From the NCBI GenBank assembly GCA_041667185.1, contig JBAYFM010000006.1, positions 6,591-70,590 on the forward strand: a stretch of 64,000 nt of DNA, in the 5' to 3' direction. Of the stretch, positions 32,092-41,777 are shown piece by piece. Position numbers and translations under genes: made by a program. The stretch's first letter is position 1. Each line of letters begins with the position of its first letter. A model generated the notes under the pieces. That model searched no databases. It had not been told where the DNA came from and saw only the letters and a program-made list of their open reading frames with translations. The stretch comes from Patescibacteria group bacterium. Lineage in GTDB: Bacteria > Patescibacteriota > Patescibacteriia > SG8-24.

Positions 32092-33828
32092 ATGGGTTCA
32101 ACTTCGCGAAGATCATTCGGCCTGATCATCCTGATCGCCAGTTTCGTTATCGCCGGTTTCGCAGTCGTGGTCCGGCCGGCTGTGGCGCAAACCGTCGAGG
32201 AGATCAGTTCGTTCGCGTCCGACATCGAGGTCCGGAGCGACGGGATCGTCGGGATCGTCGAGACTATCGAATATTATTTTCCCGACGAGCGCCACGGCAT
32301 CTATCGCGACATCGCGGAGGAATACGTCAACGACCGGGGCGAGCAATACCGCATTCCGATCACGGTCCTGAGCGTCCGCGATGAGCGCGGCAACGACTGG
32401 AACTATTCCCTCGAACGCGGCGGGAGCGGCTTGCGCGTCAAGATCGGCGATCCGAACCGGACCGTCACCGGCCGCCAGGTCTACGTCATCGCTTACGAGG
32501 CGACCGGTGCGCTCCGATATTTTGCGGACCATGACGAACTCTATTGGAACGCCACGGGGACCGAGTGGCAGGTCCCGATCCGCCGCGCCGCCGCGACCAT
32601 CAGGCTGCCCGAACCGATCGATCCGGCAACGATCACACTCAAGTGTTACACCGGCGGGCGCGGCTCGGCCGCCGAGAATTGCCAGAAGAGCGTCCAGGGC
32701 CGGCAGGCTGATTTTGCGGCGACCGGCGCGCTGACCGTGGTGGTCGGCTGGCCGCCGGGACTCATCGCGAAGGTCGAGGCAGCGGCGGCGCCGGCGGTGT
32801 CCTGGCCCGGCGTGCCGTGGCGCTGGATCCTGTCAGCGCTGCTCCCGTCGCTCGTCATCCCGTTGGGCGTCTTCATTTATCTGTTCGGACGCTGGCGGCG
32901 GTACGGCCGCGATCTCCAAGGCAGTCCGACGCTCGTGGTCCAATATGATCCGCCGGACAAACTGGGAGCGGCCGAGACCGGCGTCATCTACGACGCCACG
33001 GCCGACATCCGGGAGGTCTCGGCGGCCATCGTGGAACTGGCGGTCCGCGGTTTCCTGCTGATCCGCGAGGTCGAGACTCAGGGGCTGATCTTCAAGAGCC
33101 AGGATCACGAGCTCGTGAAGCTCGCGGCTCCGACTGGCGCCGCGCCGTTGGCCGAACATGAGAGCAAACTGCTCGCCGCGCTGTTCCCGGCCGGCGACAC
33201 GGTCCGGCTTTCCTACATCAAAGAGCACCATGCTTTCTCGGGCCAGCTGAAGGGCATCACCGATTCGATGTATGACCGGGTCACGACGCTCGGATATTTC
33301 GAACAGAATCCGGAGCGGGTGCGCGCCAAGTATTTCGGCGCCGGCGTGGCGTTCATGCTGGTCGGATTCTTCATTGCACCGCTCGCGATCGCGGCGGTCC
33401 TCGCCGGCATCATTTGTCTGGTCTTCGGCGCCATCATGCCCAAGCGCACGGCCCGGGGCGTCCAGGCGTTCGATCACGCCAAGGGTTTCCGGGAATATCT
33501 GGAGCACGCGGAAAAATATCGCCTGCAGTGGCAGGAGCGGGAAAATATCTTCGAGAAGTTCCTGCCTTACGCCATGGTCTTCGGGATCGTCGATAAATGG
33601 GCCAAGGCGTTCGAGGGACTCCAGTTGCAGCAGCCGTCCTGGTACGAGGGCCGGGCGTTCGGTTCCGGAGCCTTCAATGCCGTCATGTTCAGTTCGGCTT
33701 TCAACAGTTTCGGGACCGCGATGAATTCGGCTGTGCTCTCGACGCCGTCCCGGAGTTCGAGCGGCAGCGGTTTTTCGGGCGGCTTTTCCGGCGGCGGCGG
33801 AGGCGGTGGCGGCGGGGGATCGTGGTAG
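32092..33828 (+). CDS. DUF2207 membrane protein
   Basis: HGIYRDI, ELYWNATG, LPYAMVFG, Gly-rich C-terminus ending GGGSW. Confidence 0.88.
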   Translation: MGSTSRRSFGLIILIASFVIAGFAVVVRPAVAQTVEEISSFASDIEVRSDGIVGIVETIEYYFPDERHGIYRDIAEEYVNDRGEQYRIPITVLSVRDERGNDWNYSLERGGSGLRVKIGDPNRTVTGRQVYVIAYEATGALRYFADHDELYWNATGTEWQVPIRRAAATIRLPEPIDPATITLKCYTGGRGSAAENCQKSVQGRQADFAATGALTVVVGWPPGLIAKVEAAAAPAVSWPGVPWRWILSALLPSLVIPLGVFIYLFGRWRRYGRDLQGSPTLVVQYDPPDKLGAAETGVIYDATADIREVSAAIVELAVRGFLLIREVETQGLIFKSQDHELVKLAAPTGAAPLAEHESKLLAALFPAGDTVRLSYIKEHHAFSGQLKGITDSMYDRVTTLGYFEQNPERVRAKYFGAGVAFMLVGFFIAPLAIAAVLAGIICLVFGAIMPKRTARGVQAFDHAKGFREYLEHAEKYRLQWQERENIFEKFLPYAMVFGIVDKWAKAFEGLQLQQPSWYEGRAFGSGAFNAVMFSSAFNSFGTAMNSAVLSTPSRSSSGSGFSGGFSGGGGGGGGGGSW

Positions 33829-33858
33829 GCCGTTTGATCTCATAACTCCTGAATTCCT

Positions 33859-34260
33859 ATGACCGACGCACAACTCAAGAAGATCTTCGCCATCAAGACC
33901 ATCGCCGCGGTCGGCTTGTCGTCGAACGCCGCGCGGCCGAGTTACGGCGTCTGCTCGTATCTGCAGGGCCGCGGTTATCGGATCATCCCGGTGAATCCCA
34001 ACGAGACCGAAGTTCTGGGGGAGAAAGCCTATCCGGACCTGGACGCCGTGCCGGGGCCGGTCGAGATCGTTCAGATCTTCCGCCGGCCGGAAGCCGTGCC
34101 GGAGATCGTCGAAGCCGCCATCCGCAAAGGCGCCCAGGTCGTTTGGATGCAGGACGGAGCCGGAAATCCGGACGCGGCGCGCCGCGCCGAAGCGGCTGGC
34201 CTGCTGGTCGTGGCGGATGATTGCATGTTGCGCCAGCACCGGAGGTTGTTCGGTGAGTAG
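33859..34260 (+). CDS. CoA-binding protein (YccU-like)
   Basis: IAAVGLS...RPS, PVNP, VWMQDG. Confidence 0.88.
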   Translation: MTDAQLKKIFAIKTIAAVGLSSNAARPSYGVCSYLQGRGYRIIPVNPNETEVLGEKAYPDLDAVPGPVEIVQIFRRPEAVPEIVEAAIRKGAQVVWMQDGAGNPDAARRAEAAGLLVVADDCMLRQHRRLFGE

Positions 34261-34261
34261 G

Positions 34262-34380
34262 GTAGCGGAGAGTGGGGGAGACGAAGTGTTGAAGTACTGG
34301 AGTACTGAAGTACGGAAGCTTAACCTCAAACCTCCAGCACTCCCGCACTTCAGCACTTCAGTACTCCTGCATTTCCTCAC
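34262..34380. repeat. Octamer-phased repeat element (GAAG/GGAG arm and CTTC/CTCC arm)
   Basis: GAAGTACT GGAGTACT GAAGTACG ... CTCCAGCA CTCCCGCA CTTCAGCA CTTCAGTA. Confidence 0.8.
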
Positions 34381-34396
34381 CCCCCCCATCTTCATC

Positions 34397-34423
34397 AAAA
34401 AACCGCCTCGTAGGCGGTTTTTT
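34397..34423. terminator. Bidirectional terminator abutting the next promoter; near-identical copy at 35154..35180
   Basis: AAAAAACCGCC-TCGTA-GGCGGTTTTTT. Confidence 0.75.
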
Positions 34424-34506
34424 GACCATTATTCCAGTCTTTGTTAAGGTGCTTTCCGCAGCCGCTGGTTGCCGTGTTCTTTCACTAACATCATCGGAGG
34501 TAGAGA
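34422..34506 (+). promoter_or_regulatory. Cassette leader: TTGACC-17-TAAGGT, GCAGC hairpin, boxA-like GTTCTTTCACTAA, GGAGGT
   Basis: Same layout repeated at 35179 and 36757. Confidence 0.75.
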
Positions 34507-34974
34507 ATGAATCCGAAGACGATCGTGGTCTCTCTTTTCGCCTTGTTTCTTTTGGCAGGGTGCGCCAAGTTTCGCTTCGATGTTCCGGACGGCTTCAAGA
34601 TCATCGAAGAGCAGAGGGATAATTTTGGCCAGGGCAAGTGGCAGCTCACGAACGAGGCGGGCAATAGCATGATTTTTGTCAACCTAATGTCAGCCGAGGT
34701 TTGGCCGCTGGATAAGCAAGTGGACGAGTACCTATCTCTCATCGCTGATCTGGATGGTGTGATCACCGAGAAAGTGATCACGGATTACAGAAGTTCCGCG
34801 AGGCTGGAGTTCACGTACGTCGCGCAACAGTCTCACAGGACTGGTCGGGTCTTCTTTCGTCAGTTGACTGAAAGAAATATGACCATCGTCGTTTTTGGTT
34901 GGTGGTTGGATTCCCAGGCTGCGACCGCCGGACCAGCCTTCGAAGCCGTCGCCGCTTCGGCCGACTATAAGTAA
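34507..34974 (+). CDS. Putative lipoprotein, paralog 1 (PsbP/DcrB-like fold suspected)
   Basis: Lipobox LLAGC; VPDGF; ends ASADYK. Confidence 0.8.
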   Translation: MNPKTIVVSLFALFLLAGCAKFRFDVPDGFKIIEEQRDNFGQGKWQLTNEAGNSMIFVNLMSAEVWPLDKQVDEYLSLIADLDGVITEKVITDYRSSARLEFTYVAQQSHRTGRVFFRQLTERNMTIVVFGWWLDSQAATAGPAFEAVAASADYK

Positions 34975-35105
34975 CGGGTTCTTCATCAGCTCCGATTTTC
35001 TTCAGCTCGCCGCGCTCTCTCAAGGGCGCGGTTTTTTTCGCAACTATCAGAAAACCTCGGCGTCAGCCGAGGTTGAATAAAAGACGCGAATCCCCCGCAG
35101 TTTTA

Positions 35106-35149
35106 GCGGAGAGGGATCAGAACTCCCACACTCCCACACTCTCCGTCTT
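35106..35149. repeat. Short octamer-phased repeat element
   Basis: CTCCCACA CTCCCACA CTCTCC. Confidence 0.55.
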
Positions 35150-35178
35150 CATCAAAAAACCGCCCCGTAGGCGGTTTT

Positions 35179-35264
35179 TTGACCATTACTTCAGCCTTTG
35201 TTAAGGTGCTTCCCGCAGCTGCAAGCTGCCGCGTTCTTTCATCAATATCATCTGGAGGTGGGGA
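35179..35264 (+). promoter_or_regulatory. Cassette leader: TTGACC-17-TAAGGT, hairpin, boxA-like GTTCTTTCATCAA, GGAGGT
   Basis: Homologous to 34422..34506. Confidence 0.75.
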
Positions 35265-35741
35265 ATGAATTTGAAAACGATCATCGTATCCGTATTCGCG
35301 CTGTGTCTTTTTGCAGGCTGCGCCGCTCCGCAGGCGCATCTGATCGTGCCGGACGGCTGGCAGGCCACCTCGATACACGATCTCGAGTCCGGCTTCAGCC
35401 AGACGTTGGCAAACGAGGGTGAGCAGGCCTACATCTTCGTCAAAATAGCCCCGGATAAAACTTATCCGCGCGTTAAGGAACAGCTGGACTCGGATCTCCG
35501 TTACATCAAAAGTGTTGGCGGCAAGCTGATCGAGTCCCTGGTTGTTGCCGATCAGAGCTTCGCGCGGCTGGCCTTCACGATCGAATTGGCAGATGGCACT
35601 CTGGGCATCGGCAGGATCATCTTGCGCAAGTCGACCAAGGGCAAGCGGACGGTTGCTGTCAGGGGTGTTTGGCCGCTGGATAAGGATGCGGTCATCAGGC
35701 CGGACTTCGAAGCCATTGCCGCTTCAGTCGACTACAAGTAG
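35265..35741 (+). CDS. Putative lipoprotein, paralog 2
   Basis: Lipobox LFAGC; VPDGW; ends ASVDYK. Confidence 0.8.
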   Translation: MNLKTIIVSVFALCLFAGCAAPQAHLIVPDGWQATSIHDLESGFSQTLANEGEQAYIFVKIAPDKTYPRVKEQLDSDLRYIKSVGGKLIESLVVADQSFARLAFTIELADGTLGIGRIILRKSTKGKRTVAVRGVWPLDKDAVIRPDFEAIAASVDYK

Positions 35742-35817
35742 CAGGTTCGCCACCAGCTCCGATTCTCTTCAGTTCACCGCGCTCTCTCATGAGCGCGGTT
35801 TTTTTCGCCATTTTGAG

Positions 35818-35988
35818 GTGAAGAGACGGAGTCAGGGAGAGACGGAGTTGGGGAGATACGAAGATACGGAGTCACGTCGTTCGCGAACGACGTGACGGAG
35901 CCATATCGCTCACAAGCGACGCGACTCCGTCTCTCTGTTACTTCCTGACTCCGTCTCTCCCGCACTCCTGCACTCCCATACTTTCCAC
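35818..35988. repeat. Octamer-phased repeat element with 26-bp palindrome at 35871..35896
   Basis: GGAG arm, GTCACGTCGTTCGCGAACGACGTGAC, CTCC arm. Confidence 0.85.
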
Positions 35989-36073
35989 TATTTCGGCCGC
36001 GTGTTAAGGTGGCGGCAGTCGATCGGATGTTCGTCGCACCTTTTTAACAACGCCGCTTCAGAGGAGGTTCAGG

Positions 36074-36568
36074 ATGAAGATCTCGCTGCTAGCGATCCTG
36101 GGTCTGGCCCAGTTGTTTTCTGCTGTCGATTGTTCGCCAGCCGGCGAGCCGAGACTCTGGTCCGAGTCGCCTCAGGGCTGGAAAGTCACGGCCGAACTGG
36201 TCCGCAGCGGTCGGGCGATGTTGGTCCTGAATCCGGAAAAGGCCGGTCTCGAGGCCGGATTCGGCGTGATCTGCGCGCCGGCCGGCAAGATGCCGCCTGA
36301 AGTCAGGTTCCGGTCGCTGGCGAGACAGGCCCGGGAAATGGCCGGCGCCGTGGACATCGAGGCGTACGACGCGGCCAAAAAGTTCTTTGTCCTGTCTTAC
36401 GCCTACGAGTCGGTTTCCGGCGAGGCTTACGTCGCTCGCGTCACCGTGAAGACGGATTCCTCAGGACTCGGCCAGACTCTGGTCATCTCCGGTTATTGGC
36501 CGGAGGCGGTCGATCCGGACCTGGCCCGCGTTTACGCCGACTTCGTCGCCTCGATCGATTTCAAATGA
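36074..36568 (+). CDS. Secreted protein or lipoprotein, divergent paralog 3
   Basis: Signal peptide with AVDC; PQGW; GYWP; ends ASIDFK; AGGAGGT SD. Confidence 0.75.
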   Translation: MKISLLAILGLAQLFSAVDCSPAGEPRLWSESPQGWKVTAELVRSGRAMLVLNPEKAGLEAGFGVICAPAGKMPPEVRFRSLARQAREMAGAVDIEAYDAAKKFFVLSYAYESVSGEAYVARVTVKTDSSGLGQTLVISGYWPEAVDPDLARVYADFVASIDFK

Positions 36569-36627
36569 GTCCGTTCTGACCTGCTCCCGCGTCTCCTAGA
36601 GGCGCGGTTTTTTTCACCACTTTGAGG

Positions 36628-36745
36628 TGAAGAGACAGAGTCAGGGAGTGATGGAGAGACGGAGAGATGTCGCTCGCGAACGACACGGCCTCGTCTCTCC
36701 CTGACTCCGTCTCTCCTGCACTCCAGTACTCCCGCACTCTCCACC
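36628..36745. repeat. Octamer-phased repeat element with variant palindrome at 36668..36685
   Basis: TGTCGCTCGCGAACGACA between GGAG and CTCC arms. Confidence 0.8.
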
Positions 36746-36756
36746 CACCCATCGTT

Positions 36757-36841
36757 TTGACCATTCCCCCGGCCTTTGTTAAGGTGCTCTCCGCAGCCGC
36801 GGGCTGCAGTGTCCTTTCACCCAGATCATCGGAGGTAGAGA
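36757..36841 (+). promoter_or_regulatory. Cassette leader: TTGACC-17-TAAGGT, hairpin, GTCCTTTCAC, GGAGGT
   Basis: Homologous to 34422..34506. Confidence 0.75.
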
Positions 36842-37312
36842 ATGAGCCTGAAAACGATCGTCGCGTCCGTCTTCGCGCTGTTCCTGTTGGCGGGGTGTGC
36901 GCCCAAGTTCCAAGTCACCGTGCCTGAAGGCTGGAAAGTGGCTAAGGAATTGAACGAAGAGGGCGTGCAAGCGAAACTCCTTGTCAACGCAAAGGAGGAT
37001 ATCGCGATCAAGGTCTTCTGCGTGCCGGCCGAACAAGTGCCGGTCGAGGAAGCTCTGAAGTCGACGGTCGACCTTGTGAACCAGGCTCAGGGCCAGATCG
37101 TCGAACAGGACCTCGCCGCTGACAAGAGCTCGTCCCGGGTCGTTTTTACGGTTACGGTTGATGGCACTGATCTTGCCGGCCGTCAGGTGTTCAAGCTGAG
37201 CAGCTATAAGCACGCCAAGGCGTTGCTTATCTCCAGTGTTTGGTTGGCCGCGCAAGATGCCGAGGCTGCCAAGGCTTTTGAGATCATCGCCGCTTCAGCT
37301 GACTTCAAGTAG
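36842..37312 (+). CDS. Putative lipoprotein, paralog 4
   Basis: Lipobox LLAGC; VPEGW; ends ASADFK. Confidence 0.8.
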   Translation: MSLKTIVASVFALFLLAGCAPKFQVTVPEGWKVAKELNEEGVQAKLLVNAKEDIAIKVFCVPAEQVPVEEALKSTVDLVNQAQGQIVEQDLAADKSSSRVVFTVTVDGTDLAGRQVFKLSSYKHAKALLISSVWLAAQDAEAAKAFEIIAASADFK

Positions 37313-37500
37313 CCGCCCAGCGTCAGTTTCGTTTCCGATTCTCTCAGTTTGCCGCGTCTCGTCAGACGCGGTCTTTTTTATCCATTTATCCACAAAAGGT
37401 GTCAGGTACTTTTGGGGTGCCAAAGGTACCAGGTACCTTTTGCCCGGAAATCGGCGGTGCGGTACACTAGCCGGGCATTCATTAATATTTCGTTGTGACC

Positions 37501-37944
37501 ATGGATGAACTCGCCCGACAACTGGATCGTCCCGGGGACAACGCGCATTGTCCCGGCGTTTTCGTGCTGCGTGGCGGCCAAGTGCTCGTCGGTCTGCGGC
37601 ACTATGCCAAGCACGGCATCGCCGCGACCGATCTCTGGACCATCCCCGGCGGCCGCTGCGAAACCGGGGAGACCATCGGCCAGGCGGTCCGGCGCGAAGC
37701 GGCCGAGGAAGCCGGCCTGACCGAACTCGAGCTCACCGACTGGTTGGCCGAGATACCCGGCGCCCGGGCCGGCGACATCGTCCCGCTCTTCATCGGCCGT
37801 TCGTCCCAGCCGCCGCGCCTCATGGAGCCGGAGAAGTTCGCCGAGTGGCGCTGGTGCGATCCCGCCGCCGTGCCGCGGCCGTTCATCAATCCCGAAGCCC
37901 TGATCCTGCTCCAGGCGTGGGTCCGGTCGCATCCCCAAAACTGA
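37501..37944 (+). CDS. NUDIX hydrolase
   Basis: Nudix box GGRCETGETIGQAVRREAAEEAGL; MEPEK...W.W. Confidence 0.88.
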   Translation: MDELARQLDRPGDNAHCPGVFVLRGGQVLVGLRHYAKHGIAATDLWTIPGGRCETGETIGQAVRREAAEEAGLTELELTDWLAEIPGARAGDIVPLFIGRSSQPPRLMEPEKFAEWRWCDPAAVPRPFINPEALILLQAWVRSHPQN

Positions 37945-37949
37945 CCGTT

Positions 37950-40079
37950 ATGCCGCACATCGATTTCGAAAAGGAACTGAACGCTGAACAGCTCGCGGTC
38001 GTGAAGAACGCCGACGGGCCGTGTTTGGTCTTGGCCGGCGCCGGCTCCGGCAAGACGCGGACCATCGTCTATCGCGTGGCCTATCTCGTGGAGCACGGCG
38101 TGGATCCGTCGAGCATCCTCCTGCTCACTTTCACCAACAAGGCCGCCAACGAGATGATGACCCGCATCGGCGAACTCCTCGGGCTCGCGGGCGACGCGCG
38201 GCCGGTCGGTCTCTGGGGCGGCACGTTCCATTCGGTCGCGAACCGGCTGCTCCGCATCTACGGCCGCCAGATCGGCTACGGCCAGAATTTCACCATCCTC
38301 GACGAAGAGGACGCTAAGGCGCTCATCAAGGCTTGTATCAAGGAGCTGAACCTCGACGCCGCCGGCCGCCGTTTTCTGTCGCCGGCCGGGGTCAAGGAGA
38401 TCCTGAGCTACGCGCGCAACTCGACCAAAGGCCTGGAGAAAGCGGTCGAACGGCACGATGCGCGGCTCGTTTCGGACCTCTCCAAGTTCACGGACATCGC
38501 CGCGCTCTACGAAAAGAAGAAACGCGCCGCGAACGCTATGGACTTCGACGACCTGCTCATCCGGCTCTACGAACTTTTGAAACAGGAACCGCGCCTGGCC
38601 GAACTTTTGTCCCAGCAGTTCCGTTACATCCTCGTCGATGAGTATCAGGACACGAATGCGCTCCAGGTGGCGTTCATCAAAGAGCTCGCGGGGCCGAAAC
38701 ACAATCTGCTTGTCGTCGGCGACGACGCCCAGAGCATCTATTCTTTCCGCGCGGCCGACGTGCGGAACATCCTGGATTTCCCGCAGCAGTTCCCGGACGC
38801 CAAGGTCTTCCGGCTGCAGACGAATTACCGCTCGACGCCGGAGATCCTCAGCCTCGCGAACGACATCATCGCCAAGAACGTCAATCAGTTCCCGAAAGAA
38901 TTGACGAGCGTGTCGAAAGGCCTGGAGAAACCAGCGGTCGTGCCGGCAGTCTCCGCTTCGAAGGAGGCGCAGTTCGTGTTCAATAAGATCGAACAACTGC
39001 TCGAATCCGGCGTGCCGGCGCGTGAGATCGCCGTGCTCTTCCGCGCCACGCACCATTCGCAGATGCTGGAGTTCGAACTCATGAAAGCCGCTCTGCCTTA
39101 CGACTACCGCGGCGGCCTGAAATTCTTCGACCGCGCGCACGTGAAGGACACGCTGGCGTTCCTGCGTCTCACGGTCAATTTCAGCGACGAGGCCGCCTGG
39201 CTCAGGGTGCTGGGACTTCAGGAGGGCATCGGCGATGTCTCGGCTGGCAAGATCTTCGAGGCTCTGCGCGCCGCCGGCAGTCTCGCCAAGTCCATTCTCG
39301 CGCCCATCGAGCAGCAGTTCGGCAATCGCGTGGCCCGCGGCTGGAAGGATCTGCGCGACATCCTGGAGGCGCTGCACGCGGCGGGCGGCAAGCCGGCCGA
39401 CCTCATCAAGGCTGTGACGACCTCGACCTACATCGATTATCTTGAAGCCGAATATCCGAATTACCGCGAGCGGCTGGAGGATCTGGACCAGCTCGCCGTG
39501 TTCAGCCGGAATTACGAGAAGGTCGAGGATTTTCTCGCGGACGTCACCTTGGACGACGGCGTCTTCGGCGGCGCGCGCGAACTCAAAGCCGGCGGCGGCC
39601 GGCGCGCCCCGTCGCGCGGCGACCGCATTGTGCTGTCGACCATCCATCAGGCCAAGGGGCTCGAATGGGACGCGGTGTTCATCATCCACCTGAACGACCA
39701 GTCGTTCCCGAACCGCAAGGCCGCGGCTGAACAGGGTGGTCTCGAAGAAGAGCGGCGCTTGTTCTACGTCGCCGTGACGCGGGCGCGCAAGTGGCTGTTC
39801 CTGAGTTATCCCGCGGCTATGGGCGGGCGCGAGGGCGGTTTCGATTACGCGCCGCCGTCGCTGTTCCTCGAAGAGATCGACGTTGCTTGCCTGAAGGACG
39901 GCGCCTGTCTCGCGGGCCGTCGCACCGGCAGCCGCTCGGGTGGCGACGATTGGTCCGATCCGGGATTCGACGATGAGTCGGTCGAAGTTGATCAGACGGG
40001 GGAACTGAAGGAAGTGGGGGAGCGGATGAAGAGCGTGAATGACGACTGGAAGAAAAAAAGCTTTTTAAGGGATGTTTGA
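37950..40079 (+). CDS. ATP-dependent DNA helicase, UvrD/PcrA family
   Basis: LAGAGSGKT, LTFTNKAA, VDEYQDTN, VGDDAQSIY, NYRS, TIHQAKGLE, EERRLFYVAVTRA. Confidence 0.94.
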   Translation: MPHIDFEKELNAEQLAVVKNADGPCLVLAGAGSGKTRTIVYRVAYLVEHGVDPSSILLLTFTNKAANEMMTRIGELLGLAGDARPVGLWGGTFHSVANRLLRIYGRQIGYGQNFTILDEEDAKALIKACIKELNLDAAGRRFLSPAGVKEILSYARNSTKGLEKAVERHDARLVSDLSKFTDIAALYEKKKRAANAMDFDDLLIRLYELLKQEPRLAELLSQQFRYILVDEYQDTNALQVAFIKELAGPKHNLLVVGDDAQSIYSFRAADVRNILDFPQQFPDAKVFRLQTNYRSTPEILSLANDIIAKNVNQFPKELTSVSKGLEKPAVVPAVSASKEAQFVFNKIEQLLESGVPAREIAVLFRATHHSQMLEFELMKAALPYDYRGGLKFFDRAHVKDTLAFLRLTVNFSDEAAWLRVLGLQEGIGDVSAGKIFEALRAAGSLAKSILAPIEQQFGNRVARGWKDLRDILEALHAAGGKPADLIKAVTTSTYIDYLEAEYPNYRERLEDLDQLAVFSRNYEKVEDFLADVTLDDGVFGGARELKAGGGRRAPSRGDRIVLSTIHQAKGLEWDAVFIIHLNDQSFPNRKAAAEQGGLEEERRLFYVAVTRARKWLFLSYPAAMGGREGGFDYAPPSLFLEEIDVACLKDGACLAGRRTGSRSGGDDWSDPGFDDESVEVDQTGELKEVGERMKSVNDDWKKKSFLRDV

Positions 40080-40303
40080 GGAGCGCGGCGCGAGCGGAAC
40101 TGATCAAGAATAAGCGCCGCTCGCGAGATCTCGGCGGACGGCGAATCGTCCGACGAGGGGGGGAGGATATCCAGAGCAGACCTGCCGCAACCGCGGCGGG
40201 TTTTAGGTTCGGATCGGGCGATTTGCGTCCGGCTGGGATGGTGGCTTGACAATTAGCCCGAAATCGGGTATTTTAAGCTGTTCTTTAACAAAGGGGGACT
40301 ACA

Positions 40304-40750
40304 ATGTCTGCATACGCTGGTGTGTTCTTTGGCGCGTTCATCATCTTTTTGCTCGGTGTCATCGTCAACACAGTGGTCAAATCCGTCGGGAAACAGGGGG
40401 ATGACGCGACGATCTCCAGAGTCCTGGTCTGCTGCATGTTCCTTCTGGGCATCATGGTCGCGACCACGTCTCTCGCGGTCAACAGATTCGGCCAGGCCCG
40501 GTTCAGCCACATGCTCGAGGTCGGCCAGGTCCAGGAGGTGCTCGGCGCCTTCACGCTCGAAGACGGCCGTTCTTTCGCCCTGTTGCGCGATCAGAGCGCC
40601 GGCACTGATGTCGTGTACTACGAGCTCGCTCAGCCTCTGCCCGCCGCCGCGAAATGCGTGATCTTCACGCATGAAAGAGAAAAGACTTTCCAGGATCCGA
40701 CCGGCGGCAGAGCTCTCGCGACCGTCGTCGATTGTCCCGCCAAGCAGTAG
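40304..40750 (+). CDS. Hypothetical two-TM protein (cassette gene)
   Basis: TTGACA-17-TATTTT at 40246..40274; GTTCTTTAACAA at 40280..40291; AAGGGGG SD-like. Confidence 0.7.
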   Translation: MSAYAGVFFGAFIIFLLGVIVNTVVKSVGKQGDDATISRVLVCCMFLLGIMVATTSLAVNRFGQARFSHMLEVGQVQEVLGAFTLEDGRSFALLRDQSAGTDVVYYELAQPLPAAAKCVIFTHEREKTFQDPTGGRALATVVDCPAKQ

Positions 40751-40926
40751 CTGCCGGCGGTCAGATCCTAGCGGACGCTGTCCATCCGCCGTCGCCTCGC
40801 CGCCGAGCTCAGCTCGGCGGTTTTTTTATTTGCTTCCGCCACGTCTAGTCCAACCTCATCATGACGCCTCGAATCCAAAAGAAAACCCGCCACGAGATCG
40901 TGGCGGGTCATTCTGATACGAACGGG

Positions 40927-41568
40927 TCAGGCTGTGAGGACGACCCAGGTGTCGGTTTGGCCGACGCAGTAGCCGAGCGGGATCATGGCTGGCATGAGCC
41001 TGATGAGCGGTGTCTGGATCCGCATTTCTTTCTTCGAACAGGTGATGGCGGCATCGAAGCAGCGGCAGAGGCAGGACCAGATCCCGAGGCTCAGGGATTT
41101 GCCGAGCTGCTGACCGCAGATGGCGTCGAGCAGCTTCGCAATTTCGGATGCGAGTCCTGTCCAGATCAAGTCAGCGAGCTTGCCGTTGTCGTTCACTTGT
41201 CTGATGGTCGGCTCGATGTCATCCAGGGTGCAGTTCGCCCAGCCGTTCACCGAGCGCTGAATGAATTCTGGTGACCCAGAAATCTCAAATGTGTTGCGGA
41301 CGTCGGTGACGACCTGAGTTTGCTGGTCGCGCAACGAGCGAGCCGAAAGACAGATGACATTTTTCACTTCGCGGTTGAGGCTCATGGCGAGGAGATCCCT
41401 GACGCCTTTTTTATTGATCTTCGAGGCAGGAGCCAGATTCAGGCAGCCGATGATCGAGGCTACGAACAGCGGGTCGGCGATTTTGATGACCTCATCCATG
41501 ACCAAGGGGTACTGCGCTTGTTTGATAAGCGTTTGTCTGAGCGCCACGGCTTTGCCTAGATAATTCAT
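40927..41568 (-). CDS. Hypothetical helical protein (SD-led cassette gene)
   Basis: GGAGG before MNYLGK; TTGACA-17-TAGAGT at 41612..41640. Confidence 0.7.
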   Translation of the reverse strand: MNYLGKAVALRQTLIKQAQYPLVMDEVIKIADPLFVASIIGCLNLAPASKINKKGVRDLLAMSLNREVKNVICLSARSLRDQQTQVVTDVRNTFEISGSPEFIQRSVNGWANCTLDDIEPTIRQVNDNGKLADLIWTGLASEIAKLLDAICGQQLGKSLSLGIWSCLCRCFDAAITCSKKEMRIQTPLIRLMPAMIPLGYCVGQTDTWVVLTA

Positions 41569-41777
41569 TGCAGCCTCCGTTTTTGCGTTGTTGTAAGGTA
41601 CGAGACGACGGACTCTAGCACAAATAAGCTTGATTGTCAATCCCGGCCGCTGTTGCGGCGAGGCGTGGTTGACCCGGCAGTCAGCGGCGCGATCTTTTGT
41701 TCGCGCGTCGGAACGGAAATATAAAATAAAAAAGAGACCCCTTGCGGAGCCTCTTTTGATCTTCGGGAAAGAGTCGC

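Noticed and set aside
34397-37379. Integron cassette array
   Set aside because: Genes carry their own promoters and terminators; no consistent attC RYYYAAC...GTTRRRY ends; no integrase in the window
37548-37949. 134-aa N-terminal extension of the UvrD ORF
   Set aside because: Overlaps the NUDIX gene in another frame; helicase homology starts at MPHIDF (37950)
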